The notes beneath the pieces are model-generated. The model was not told the DNA's origin. It saw only the letters and a list, made by a program, of their open reading frames with translations, and made no database searches. Made by a program: the position numbers and the translations under genes. A DNA stretch of 64,000 nucleotides from Eledone cirrhosa (lineage: Eukaryota): the NCBI GenBank assembly GCA_964016885.1, contig OZ024741.1, positions 47,368,001 to 47,432,000 of the forward strand, written 5' to 3'. Every line of letters begins with the position of its first letter. Position 1 is the first letter of the stretch. Below are positions 48,786 to 61,228 of this stretch, piece after piece.

Positions 48786-50979
48786 TATAGTGACCTACAT
48801 TCCGCGGGCTCACATACATTCTCTGTGCGTGATTTGGCTCAGCTCAGCCAATCAACGCCAGTAGAAGAGGATGTATCCATACGCGCCCTGGGGGAGAAAT
48901 TCCTTGCGAAGATTTGAAGAATCTTCCTCTCGCACCAGGAACTTCGAACCAGCAACACGCAACATGTGACGGTGAGATTTTGCACCTTGGCCTGCCGGCT
49001 TTCCGGCGCAATGGCACATTCCTTTTTGTAACCTCATTTTATGTGTAACTTCAACCATACAAGTTAGCAAACATTATTTGTGCTACAACAAAAATAAACA
49101 TACATTTCATCTCTAATTTCTGCTGTTGACATCATTATTATGTTACTCGTGTCTCAATAACATTTATACACCATGCTGCTAAAAATGGTGACCCCGACGT
49201 GATGAATATTTTCAGTTCAAAATATTCCTTTTGAAATAAAATTAAAATTGGCAGTGTATGTATAAACAAATTTACGCCACGAGGAAATTTGAAAACGGCT
49301 ACCACTAAGTACCAGCCATCAGCAGCAACACATGGCTAACTATTAACCAACACCAGGGAATGGCTTGTAACTTTACCGACGCAACCACCATACCTTCTGT
49401 TTCGTTACCACAAGGACTCGAGAAATTAAGACATTAGTCTTCTCACCATTATGGCGTCAGACGTGGCTGCCATATTGGTGACTCTAGGTTCTTCAACGCT
49501 AGACTTCGACTCTACAGAAGATTCATTGTGACTTTGCTTTAACAATAACAACAACTCTACTAGCTCCCTAGTAAGAGCGATCCCAAAGAAAAGAAAAGCG
49601 AACTTTTTGTTAAAAGAAAAGAAACAATTCTTTCTTTCTTCCTTTTTTTTTCAGGCATTTATTTTGGACATTTATTTTTTTTAAACTGTATTATATGGAA
49701 ATTCATTTTTTTTCTATCATTGTATATATGACTGCATCATTTTCTTTATCATTGTATATATGACTGCACCCACACATTTATTTGCTGTTTTACATGCCTG
49801 CATATGCACACATTTCTTTGTCACACACCAACATGTTGTTCTTAGTGTATGTTCTTCAAACGTAATATTCTGCGAGATCCCTTTTCACCTGGTTGAGGTG
49901 CCGTCACATGCTAGCGACTCATAGAGCTTAATTCACCTGGATTCAAACAGGCACCGCAACACGATAATGCTAATTGCAGCTGAACTCAAACAGTTTCGCA
50001 TCTCGTTGCACACTCATCGTCCATAACAACCTCCATCTTGTTACCTTACCCGACTCACTGGGGGAACGGCGGGTGGAACTGGACTTGTCAGCAATTCCAC
50101 CACTTCTGTGGATTCGCCCAAGTTATGGAATTTACACTGCAACCCACCTACAGATTCAACTTGCTTTTTTTTCTTTTCAAAGCAACCAGCCATTTTTTCC
50201 TGACTCCCTAGCACATTCGGCAATACATCTGGGAGGCCAACATTTTCTCGCCTACCCATCATCTTCTTGCCAGCACTGGTAAACTACCATAATAGCTTCA
50301 TCCACAGCTACTGGTACAACACTTACCATTAACATTTAATGCAAGAACGGCAACTTCGCCCATGTCAGACTTTATCCGTTTTCTATTAGACCTTTGGTGG
50401 TCACGTATAAACTACAAAACAGCTAGTCATTTGACACAGCGGCTCAACACGGCCCTTAGCGCCTCATTTTTTTTCTTGCATGCATCCTTCTGCTCAATTA
50501 TTTTTTCACTGATGTGCTCTTTCAGCATTTGTTCTTGCTGATTCAATAATCTGTATCGACTTCCGTCTAGAACGGGAGTATTGTAGTGACCTACATTCCG
50601 CGGGCTCACATACATTCTCTGTGCGTGATTTGGCTCAGCTCAGCCAATCAACGTCAGTAGAAGAGGATGTATCCACACGCGCCCTGGGGGAGAAATTCCT
50701 CGCGAAGATTTGAAGAATCTTCCTCTCGCACCAGGAACTTCGAACCAGCAACACGCAACATGTGACGGTGAGATTTTGCACCTTGGCCTGCCGGCTTTCC
50801 GGCGCAATGGCACATTCCTTTTTGTAACCTCATTTTATGTGTAACTTCAACCATACAAGTTAACAAACATTATTTGTGCTACAACAAAAATAAACATACA
50901 TTTCATCTCTAATTTCAGCTGTTGACATCATTATTATGTTACTCGTGTCTCAATAACATTTATACACGATGCTGCTAAA
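48786..50979 (+). mobile_element. Non-autonomous LTR retrotransposon, third family
   Basis: 398-bp LTRs 48786-49183 and 50582-50979 with about 7 differences; perfect Trp PBS 49186-49203; PPT-like AGAACGGGAG before the 3' LTR; TATA TSD within (TA)n; no intact gag/pol. Confidence 0.92.
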
Positions 50980-51630
50980 TATATACAGATATATTGTACA
51001 TATTAATATATGTATGTGCATATATATATATGGATATGTGTGTGTATATATGTGTGTATGTATATATTTGCCCTTTGACAAGTTTTGTTTTTAGTCCTGC
51101 AGGATGTCCAAAGTCACCCTCCTCACCAAGAAACCTTGGTGGGGTTGCCAGTTTAGTCGCCAACGACCCGACCATGAGACAGGTTGTACTAGGATACATG
51201 TAACCAGTAGCACCAACTGGTGACCTGACATCATCATGTATATATACATGCGTGTATGTATAGAGACTTCTGTGTATGTTTGTATATATGTGTATGCATA
51301 CATATTTATATATGTGTGTGTTTGTGTGTATATATATGGGTCTGTATATATATGTGTATATATAGATTTTACGTTATTATTGAGTACATGTGTGAGTTTA
51401 TATGTGTGTGTTCGTATTTCCATGTAGACGCACATACACTTATGTGAGAATGTATACGTTTACGTACTATTACGTATAAGCGTGTGTTTGAGTGTGTGTA
51501 TGTTTATGTTCTGGATATTTATTTATATATCCCCCCCCCCCTCAATTTTCGCCCGTTATCTGATTTCAGCCTCACTTTCATATTTCCTAAATTTTGTTTT
51601 CAAATCCATATTTAATAAACATTCCATGAT

Positions 51631-51694
51631 ATTCATTCCGACGACTGAAGACAGATATAAATATCTGTCTTCAAGAAACCACTGGTAAATGAAT
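51631..51694 (+). ncRNA. Type I hammerhead-like motif with a U4C core change
   Basis: Stem I ATTCATT/AATGAAT; core CCGACGA; long stem II TGAAGACAGATAT/ATATCTGTCTTCA; GAAA; stem III ACC/GGT; GTA triplet. Confidence 0.6.
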
Positions 51695-51933
51695 TAATTA
51701 TCTTATGTTGTTTATTACATAACTATATATATATATATATATAAATACCCGCATACGCATATATATATATATATATTGTTATACTTTGGGAGGGTCATGT
51801 TGCCAATAAGAAACACACGCACCAGTTGCTTTCACTTCAATTTATTATAATAAATTTTTAATAAATTTATAAATTTATAAATTTCTGGTTGGTTGGTTGG
51901 TTGGTTCCACAACCAGATAGTTGTTTATATATT

Positions 51934-51976
51934 GTCATAGTTCTTTCGTCACACACTCTGTGACCTCTTCAGTGAC
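51934..51976 (-). ncRNA. Minimal type I hammerhead ribozyme (left arm copy)
   Basis: Reverse complement of 56581-56623. Confidence 0.72.
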
Positions 51977-52177
51977 TGGGGGTTCCTTTCTTTGTTTCTG
52001 TGCCTCTTCTTTGTTCTGTTCTACGCCATTTTGTTTCTGTGTGTGTGTTGTGTGCTCAGTCTGCGCATGCGCCACATCCGGGTGTCTGTGTGTGTTAATG
52101 TTCATTTATTTATTTGTTTATTTACATGTTACTGGTTGGTTGTTTGTTCTATGTGTGTGTGTGTTTTCATTTTGTCC

Positions 52178-55100
52178 TTAATTGTAAGTTGTGATGTTGC
52201 TGTTCCACTCATATTTTCTATTTAATTTTGGTTGTAATTCTTTTATGTTTATTGCCTCTGTAATTTGTCTAAACATTTCGTCTTTTCTGTGTGTAGATTC
52301 TATTTTTATTTCTATGTTCTCTAATTTACCCTTGTGTTCTATTTTAGCATGTTGGTAGAGTACAGGTGATTCTTTACTATCTTGAAGGTCTCGCCAGTGT
52401 TCATTTATCCGTTCCCCTACACTACGAGCTGTCTCACCTATGTACACTATATTTTTGTCTCTACATTGTCCTTCAGTACATCTTATGCTATACACTACAT
52501 TTCTAGTTTTACAGTTACTACGGGGGCTTATTTTACAGGTTATACATTTCTTATCTATACATGGGGGTCTTTGAAAAGGGTATGTCTTGCTAATAAGTGT
52601 TTTTACGGAGGTACCTGATCTTTCTACTATCTTAATATTGAGTTTATCTTTATTTAGGGCCCTTCTAAATTTGTAAGCTAATTCACATCTAGGGGTTGTA
52701 TCAATGAACATTACACTCTGGTATTTATTGCTATCATACCATGAGTTTATTCTATTGGCCTTGTTCCTAGTTCTTTCTATTCTATTCCAAAATTTGCTCC
52801 TATACAAGGGGCATGTCCCATTTATGTCATTATTTACCATTTTTTCCCATTTGGTTCAGGCTCCTCTATACACTCTGATTTTATCTCTCTGATTGTAGCC
52901 AGAGAACTGCATACGGTGGATGAAGTGTTGTATGTGTCTCTCTAGTTCTTCGGGGTTGCACATGCGGGACACGTTTCTCATCACCCGTACCAAATCCGCA
53001 ATCAGTATGTTGATTTTGGTATGGTCCGAAACGGCCGAGTTTCGGTGGATCAGATGTTTGGAAGTCATGGGTTTGGCATAATGGGAATGGAGGATTTGTT
53101 TTTTGTTGTTAATGGTATCTAACCAGAGCTCTGTGTCTAGTACAGGTAATCGATGGTTGGGGTGTTTACTTGGGTAGTCTATAGTAACTCTAATGCTCTG
53201 GTGGATGGAGTTTGCTATTTGCTGGATGCTTTCCATTGTGTTTTTCTCTAGTTCCTGACTGGTCTCTAGTGGGGGTGTCTTAACTACGATGTTTATATCA
53301 TCAACGTAGCGGGAGTACATTATCAGGGTTAAGGGGTCTTCTAATTGTTCTTTAAGTTTAAGTTTAAGTCTACTGTCCCACCATACCATGAATAAGTTAG
53401 CTATGTCGCCTGCAATGCTAACACCAATGACTGCTCCTTCCTCTTGGGCATATGTTTTTCCATTAAATTTGAACATATGTTCCTTAAGGGTTAGTTTTAT
53501 GCTGGCCCCTACCGCATGTGCAATCATTTTCTTCAGTTCATCGTGGTTTTCGGGTGTCCGTATGACTCTGGTCCACCCGTTCCATCTATCTGTGTGGGTT
53601 TTCTTGGCCATTGAGGTAATGGTAGGTGGTCTGCCTCTTGCTGGTCTTGTAGGGCACAGGTTGTTAAGGTCATATGTGTCTAGGTAATTATTACTATAGG
53701 TAAGTTTAAGTAGGAGTCCCAGCTCACTGGTATCAATCCCACGGAACTCAACATTGCTCTCACTGATCTTTTCTACGCATTTCTCCACAGCAAAATCCAC
53801 GTCAATAGATGGATACAGGGACACAACATCCATACTACCTATTATGCAGTTTGTTAGGTCCCTAGATCGGTTACCCACGCCGATTCTGCTGAGGAGGTCC
53901 TCCGTGCTGTCACATACATCTGGGGACATTTCAATGATGGGGCGTATGATCAGGGAGAGGAAGTAGGACAGTCTGTAGTTACTAGCAATGTTAGCTCCAC
54001 AGACTGGCCGTGTTGGTGGTCCCGCGACAGGGTCACTGCCCGTTTTATGGTCTTTTCGAAGCCCATACAACGCCGGCACGTCATTGTTCCAGGCCTGGAA
54101 GTTGTTGGCAGTCCTTTTGTTGGGCTGCATTATATTCGTCCACATCACCATATGGACATTGAGGGCTTTTTCTCTATCCTCATGCTCCTGTGGTGTTACC
54201 TCTCTTGTGTTAGTGATGTGGGTTGCATTGCCTGGATGTAGTTTGGCAGGCTGTCAACCGACATTCTGCCAGACTTGTCTGTTGGAAAGCATGCTATCTC
54301 TCCATTATGTGAGCGCTGCATGAGCTTACGCAAGCCATTTGCAGATTTTTCTCCCAGTTGCTGGGCCTCCATTCTATTATGCTTCTTGCTATACTGTTCT
54401 ATAATATTTCTAAGTTCGGATCTAGCTATACTAAATTGTGCTTCTGTTTGTTCATCGACCTGCGACGGCAATTGCGTGCGTTTGTTAAATGGTAAAGTCG
54501 TGGCGTGGACTCGTCGCAGGTCGAACGATATATCGGAGGGATTATAAAAAGTAGAGTTCCAGGCTGCTGCTTTATGTGTACTAGTGCTATTGTTATTGTT
54601 AGTTGTGTTGTTTCTATTTCTATTTCCACCAACAGCCTCATGGTTGTTTCTATGTCTCTCATAATTACTCCTGTCTCTTTCCACTGGCTCATTGTTGTTA
54701 TCTACCCTATTTTGTGTGTCTGTGTGTTCGTCTTGGTTATTTTCTTTGTCCTTAGTCTCCCTTCTCCTTTTAATCCTATTACTTTCCCTTATTTCTGTGA
54801 TTTCTGTGCTACTGTCATTACTTGTTTTCTGTGTCTGTGTGTTTGTTAAGATTGTGGTGGTGGTGAGAGGCATTGAATGTGTGTGTGTTGTTTTTGTTGA
54901 TGTGTGCTGTTGTTGATGTGTGTTGTTGTTGTCTCCGTGTGTGTTATTATTGTTGTTTGTGTCTGCGTGTCTGTTGTTGTTGTTTCTGGGTATGTTGTTA
55001 TTGTTGTTGTTGTTGTTGGTGTGTGTGTTGTTGTTATTGTTGTTTGTGTCTGTGTGTCTGTTGTTGTTGGGATGTGTGTGCGTATATTGTTGCTTTTGTT

Positions 55101-55553
55101 TTTGTTTTTGAGGCTCCAGCGTAGTTTTGTAAATGATTTTTCTATTTCTGACAGACAACTAATCATATTTACCTTCTTGAATGTCGCAAATTTCGGGGTA
55201 GACATAATACAGATATCTCATCGTCATCTATTACCGTGTTGCCGTATATATTTGTGTTGTTGAACTCATCTGTTAATGAGGTGTCGGCCATATTTATACC
55301 GTCAATTTTTTCGGGATATCTATTGGTATTTTCTATAGTATCCTGATTTAGCTTTATCTGCTTAAGCCACTTTAGTTTCTTGTTAAAGTACTTATCACAT
55401 TCTTGAGTAATGTACTGTTCTTCAGGACGTCTAAGGCTTATAAATATTAGTTTCTCTCTTGGTGTGGTGATCCTAGCTATTTCTTGTATTAGGTTACGCT
55501 TATGTTTTTCTTGATGACTTAATTCTCTATAGATCTTCTTTTTTATGTTTAGA
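52178..55553 (-). pseudogene. PLE RT + GIY-YIG ORF broken by stops and frameshifts
   Basis: PTDKSG, LRKDHK, RPVCGA, GSMDVVSLYPSI, YSRYVDDI, LPVLDTELW, C-x4-C-x2-C linker, NVVYSIRC...YIGET.RS...R..EH. Confidence 0.9.
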
Positions 55554-56580
55554 ATTGCGGATTTGGTACGGGTGATGAGAAACGTGTCCCGCATGTGCAA
55601 CCCCGAAGAACTAGAGAGACACATACAACACTTCATCCACCGAATGCAGTTCTCTGGCTACAATCAGAGAGAGATAAAATCAGAGTGTATAGAGGAGCCA
55701 GAACCAAATGGGAAAAAATGGTAAATAATGACATAAATGGGACCTGCCCCTTGTATAGGAGCAAATTTTGGAATAGAATAGAAAGAACTAGGAACAAGGC
55801 TAATAGAATAAACTCATGATATGATAGCAATAAATACCAGAGTGTAATGTTCATCGATACAACCCCTAGAGGTGAATTAGCTTACAAATTTAGAAGGGCC
55901 CTAAATAAACATAAACTCAATATTAAGATAGTAGAAAGACCAGGTACCTCGTATAAAAACACTTATTAGCAAGACATACCCTTTTCAAAGACCCTCATGT
56001 ATAGATAAGAAATGTATAACCTGTAAAATAAGCCCCCATATTAACTGTAAAACTAGAAATGTAGTGTATAGCATAAGATGTACTGAAGGACAATGTAGAG
56101 ACAAAAATATAGTGTACATAGGTGAGACAGCTCGTAGTGTAGGGGAACGGATAAATGAACACTGGCGAGACCTTCAAGATAGTAAAGAATCACCTGTACT
56201 CTACCAACATGCTAAAATAGAACACAAGGGTAAATTAGAGAACATAGAAATAAAAATAGAATCTACACACAGAAAAGACGCAATGTTTAGACAAATTACA
56301 GAGGCAATAAACATAAAAGAATTACAACCAAAATTAAATAGAAAATATGAGTGGAACAGCAACATCACAACTTACAATTAAGGACAAAATGAAAACACAC
56401 ACACACAGAACAAACAACCAACCAGTAACATGTAAATAAACAAATAAATAAATGAACATAAACACACACAGACACCCGGATGTGGCGCATGCGCAGACTG
56501 AGCACACAACACACACACAGAAACAAAATGGCGTAGGACAGAACAAAGGAGAGGCACAGAAACAAAGAAAGGAACCCCCA

Positions 56581-56623
56581 GTCACTGAAGAGGTCACAGA
56601 GTGTGTGACGAAAGAACTATGAC
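56581..56623 (+). ncRNA. Minimal type I hammerhead ribozyme
   Basis: GTCA CTGAAGA G GTCACA GAGTG TGTGAC GAAA GAAC TA TGAC. Confidence 0.72.
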
Positions 56624-56865
56624 AATATATAAACAACTATCTGGTTGTGGAACCAACCAACCAACCAACCAGAAATTTATAAATTTATAAATTTATTAAA
56701 AATTTATTATAATAAATTGAAGTGAAAGCAACTGGTGCGTGTGTTTTTTATTGGCAACATGACCTTCCCAAAGTATAACAATATCGGTTTCAACACACGA
56801 TTTCCGATAAAGAATCTTGCTAAAAAAATTCAGAAACGAAATATATATATATATTTATATATATA

Positions 56866-57400
56866 TTAATGTATTTTAAAAAAATTGATTGAATTTTACT
56901 TGTTCTGCTTACCTTAATATTAAAGTTCTGGTGTATCAAATTAATACCATTGAACAACCTTGAATCATAGACAACCTATGTATTTCTAGGGGTACCTAGT
57001 ATCCTTGGACATATTAACTTCATTCAATATACTCCGTTATGTTGAGAACAAATCTGTTGTTCTATTTAGCTGCTATTTTTTTAGTAGTAATTGTAGACAA
57101 CAAGTCTTTGATTTTCCCGCTTTTACTTCGGTCCAGTTTACATACGGGTCACTTTTACGACCTTTCAGACCTTTATTTGCTGGCAGGAGGTCATATATTT
57201 TGTCGTTCCTGGGACGTTTAGCCCTAGGAAAGGAAAATGCTTCTCTGATGAGCTTTGGTTTTCCATCAGAAATCCATCGGATTTATGAGGTTTTACAAAG
57301 CGAAACTGATCAGTAAGGGCCACTAGGAGAGGTAAATATTTATATTATATTTTTTAATGTATTTTAAAAAATTGATTGAATTTTACTTGTTCTGCTTATC

Positions 57401-57407
<7 letters not shown>
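56866..57407 (+). mobile_element. Retrozyme-like or solo pseudo-LTR non-coding unit with ~54-bp terminal direct repeats
   Basis: Direct repeats 56866-56920 and 57354-57407; (TA)n on both sides; internal hammerhead; no credible ORF. Confidence 0.6.
57239..57320 (+). ncRNA. Type I hammerhead ribozyme with palindromic stem III
   Basis: CTGATGA; stem II GCTTTG/CAAAGC; GAAA; ACTGATCAGT palindrome; GTA triplet; weak G-U-rich stem I GCTTCT/AGGGC. Confidence 0.75.
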
Positions 57408-57449
<42 letters not shown>

Positions 57450-57457
<8 letters not shown>

Positions 57458-58817
57458 ATACTTGGAGAGGGTAATGTTTGTGTAATATTGCCAGAATTAA
57501 TTACAGAATACACATACGAAGGAGCCATGGAGAAGTATAAGACCCTCATAGAACTGGACATGAAAGGAATTTGCCCATTATACAGGAGCAAATCATGGAA
57601 TAGCTTAGATTGTGCTAGACATAAGATAGGGAAAGCCACCTCATGGTACGACAACCAGAGATACCCGAGTGTCATGTTTGTGGACGCTACCCCTGGGGGT
57701 AAATTAGCTAACCAGTGTAGAAAGGCCCTGAGAAAGACGCACTTAAAGATTAAGGTGGTAGAAAAGCCAGGAACCACCATAAAATCCCTGATCAGCAAAA
57801 CCTACCCTTTTAAGAAAACCCACTGTACTAATAGGAAATGTATCATATGTAAGGTAAACCCCCGGATAAACTGTAAAACTAGAAACGTAGTCTATAGCAT
57901 AAGATGTACAGAGGGTACTTGCAGAAACATGACAACAACATACATAGGCGAGACAGCTCGTAGCATAGGTGAAAGGATAGACCAACACTGGGGGGAACTA
58001 AAAGGACGAAAAAATGGGTCAGTACTATACGAACATGCCAGACAACAACACGACGGTAACATAGACAACATAGAAATTGGAATAATATCTAAACATAGAA
58101 ATGACCCAGCAGATAGGCAAATCAGAGAGGCCAGTGAAATAGAACTTAGAAGGCCAAGACTAAACAGAAAGAATGAATGGAATAACAACAACACCCAAAC
58201 AAACAACACTGACCTAAGAGAAGTATAAATAAATAAATAAATAAATAGATAAATAAATAAATAAATACATACACAAGCACAATAACAACAAACACATATA
58301 AACACACACTAGTAAAGATAGAATACATTAACCAATACACAGTCACCCAATCACGAATACACATCAAACAAAACACTATACACATACGCAAACGCATGCG
58401 CAAAGAAGACAAAATAAAATAAACAAACAAACAAATAAATAAATAAATAAATATATAAACAGATTAAATAAAGATGGCGTAGACATACAATGTAACGGGA
58501 GAAAACAATAGCACCACTGACGATGTTGCAGATGTGCAACGAAAGAACTTTGATAAACTATATATATGTGTTTGTGTCGCTATTGTATCTGTATTATTTT
58601 TGACCGTTGGTCAGTCAATGGCAACATTGAGGACCGAATAAATTAGATTACCGATACAAAAGACACAGAAGCGAAAAGCGAAAACCAACCAAACAGTGAG
58701 TGTGTTATGTTATTAATTCTGGCAATATTACACACATATGACCCTCCCCAAGTATAACAATATTTGTTTCGACACACGATTTCATATAAAAAACCTCGTA
58801 AAACTAATTCATCGCCG

Positions 58818-58818
<1 letters not shown>
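57450..58818 (+). mobile_element. Penelope-like insertion 4 (relative of insertion 3), 5'-truncated with a short inverted left arm
   Basis: ORF 57488-58228 has CPLYRSK, C-x4-C-x2-C and GIY-YIG (YIGETARS); 57450-~57513 is the reverse complement of ~58700-58763. Confidence 0.9.
58513..58554 (+). ncRNA. Minimal type I hammerhead ribozyme (weak stem I)
   Basis: ACCA CTGACGA T GTTGCA GATG TGCAAC GAAA GAAC TT TGAT. Confidence 0.6.
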
Positions 58819-58865
<47 letters not shown>

Positions 58866-58870
<5 letters not shown>

Positions 58871-59335
58871 CGAAAACATAAGTCAATTGCATGAACTCAT
58901 AATCCTTTATTTACTGCTATATATATTTCGATGATAGCCATTGAATGGATATGACCTCATCAGGCAGTTAGTCAGTTCTTAGATATGCCAGCTCTGTGTT
59001 TATAGTGTTGATGGTATCAGAGCCTTGGAACATATGAGCTTGTTAGGAATAATTTAATGTTGTCAGCAGGAATAGTCTTAATTCTCATTGGTCAGTTTGT
59101 ATGTGCTAGTAGGGCTGGTATTTGACCTCAAAGAGGCAGATGGTGTTGTAAAGTTCAAACCGTCAGGCAAGATGACAATAGTTCCATATGACTGATTTTC
59201 ACAAAAAGCATTCCTGGTCAGATATATATTCAATTGAGGTTAATAGTATGAAATAGATACTACAGGTCATTCTTAAATTGAGGAATTTATGTGGAGTGGT
59301 GCTACTGAAAATTATGGTTAGAGTAGAAAATTTAC
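58866..59335 (-). mobile_element. Short probable PLE 3' remnant between (TA)n tracts
   Basis: Minus strand encodes PDGLN, like GIY-YIG C-termini, upstream of a hammerhead. Confidence 0.5.
58913..58968 (-). ncRNA. Minimal type I hammerhead ribozyme
   Basis: ACTGC CTGATGA, interrupted stem II GGTCATATCCATT/AATGGCTATCATC, GAAA TATATA TA GCAGT. Confidence 0.75.
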
Positions 59336-59338
59336 TTA

Positions 59339-59378
<40 letters not shown>

Positions 59379-59386
59379 TAGAGACA

Positions 59387-59424
<38 letters not shown>

Positions 59425-59432
59425 TAGAGACA

Positions 59433-59562
<130 letters not shown>

Positions 59563-59638
59563 ACACGTAAAAGGACTCGAATATATACATAAACACGCAC
59601 ACACACATATATATATATACATATATACATACATACAT

Positions 59639-59689
<51 letters not shown>

Positions 59690-59735
59690 CATACATACGT
59701 ATACATATACACACGCGTACATGCACATAAATATA

Positions 59736-60477
59736 TGTAACGAATAATCCAGTTGTAACGGATAAGTGAATAGATGGAATTGTTGGTATGATGGTTTCAA
59801 TGCAAAGAATAATACCAGGATTGTGTTGTTACAATGTTTATTTTATTATAACAATATTCAATTGAATATTGAATGATAAAATCTATAACATGAAATATTC
59901 GTACAATAATTTAGTGGCTCTTCGAGCCACGTAAATACAAGTGTCACAGAATACGATTATAATATAATTTGTATTGTATCTGAAAGATACAATGTGACAA
60001 ACAGAAATGGTGCGTGTGAAATGAAAACAGTGTGAACTTACTATGTGTGCGTGTGTGCGTATTAGTATACTTTCTTGTTTTAGCAGTAGTAGTAATCACT
60101 CAGCCCGGCGGGAATGGCGTGTGAGAAATTAGTGGGCAGACTGGTTTTTCGTGACGAGAGCGTGTAAATGCGACTTGTCTTGTCTGTAGTCTCACTTTTT
60201 CTCCGGGCGTAAACAACCCTTGTATTTATAAAGGTTGAAGTTAGAAGGATAGATATATCCTCTGACCTTTGGTTAGAATCTCCCAAGGGGTGGTATGCCG
60301 GGTGTAAACAACTTAGAAGGATGGATATATCTGACCTCTTTTCTGCCAGGTGTAAATAACATCTGACCTGTGTTTAGAATCTCCCAAGGGGTTGGTCTGC
60401 CGGCCGTAAACAACTAACCACGGCTTGTCCCAAAGGCGGGAAAGCTCAGATTCGGTTTCGAATCTTCGCCGCCGCCG

Positions 60478-60482
<5 letters not shown>
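59736..60482 (-). repeat. Probable solo LTR in (TA)n
   Basis: Minus-strand termini TATAACG...CGTTACA; TATAAA near 60225-60230; AATAAA near 59840; internal ~53-bp direct repeats at about 60261 and 60362. Confidence 0.55.
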
Positions 60483-60942
<460 letters not shown>

Positions 60943-61228
60943 ATGGCCTAAACCATGTCGAGTTTTTCGTGACACAATTCCTTGCTTCCAACTGTTGTCT
61001 TGAAGAAGTCTCCGATGTTGTTATTCAGGGGATCTGCACTGCTTGAGTTTTCGTAAAGTGCTTAGATTACTTGGACGAGGTTGCTGTCAGAATTGTAAAA
61101 CATTCATCACCTGCCACAAACCCTTGTGATAAAGGTCTAATAGGTGTTGTGGATGTTTCTCGTTGAGCTGTCTCATGTTAAATACTTTCTTCACTGTACT
61201 TCCTTTTAGTCTGCATTCTGCCTGTTCT

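Larger units (their letters stand above)
51773..56840. mobile_element. Penelope-like insertion 3: head-to-head palindrome in (TA)n
   Basis: Arms 51773-53002 and 55554-56784 are reverse complements with scattered substitutions; spacer 53003-55553; tail 56785-56840 on the right only. Confidence 0.95.
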
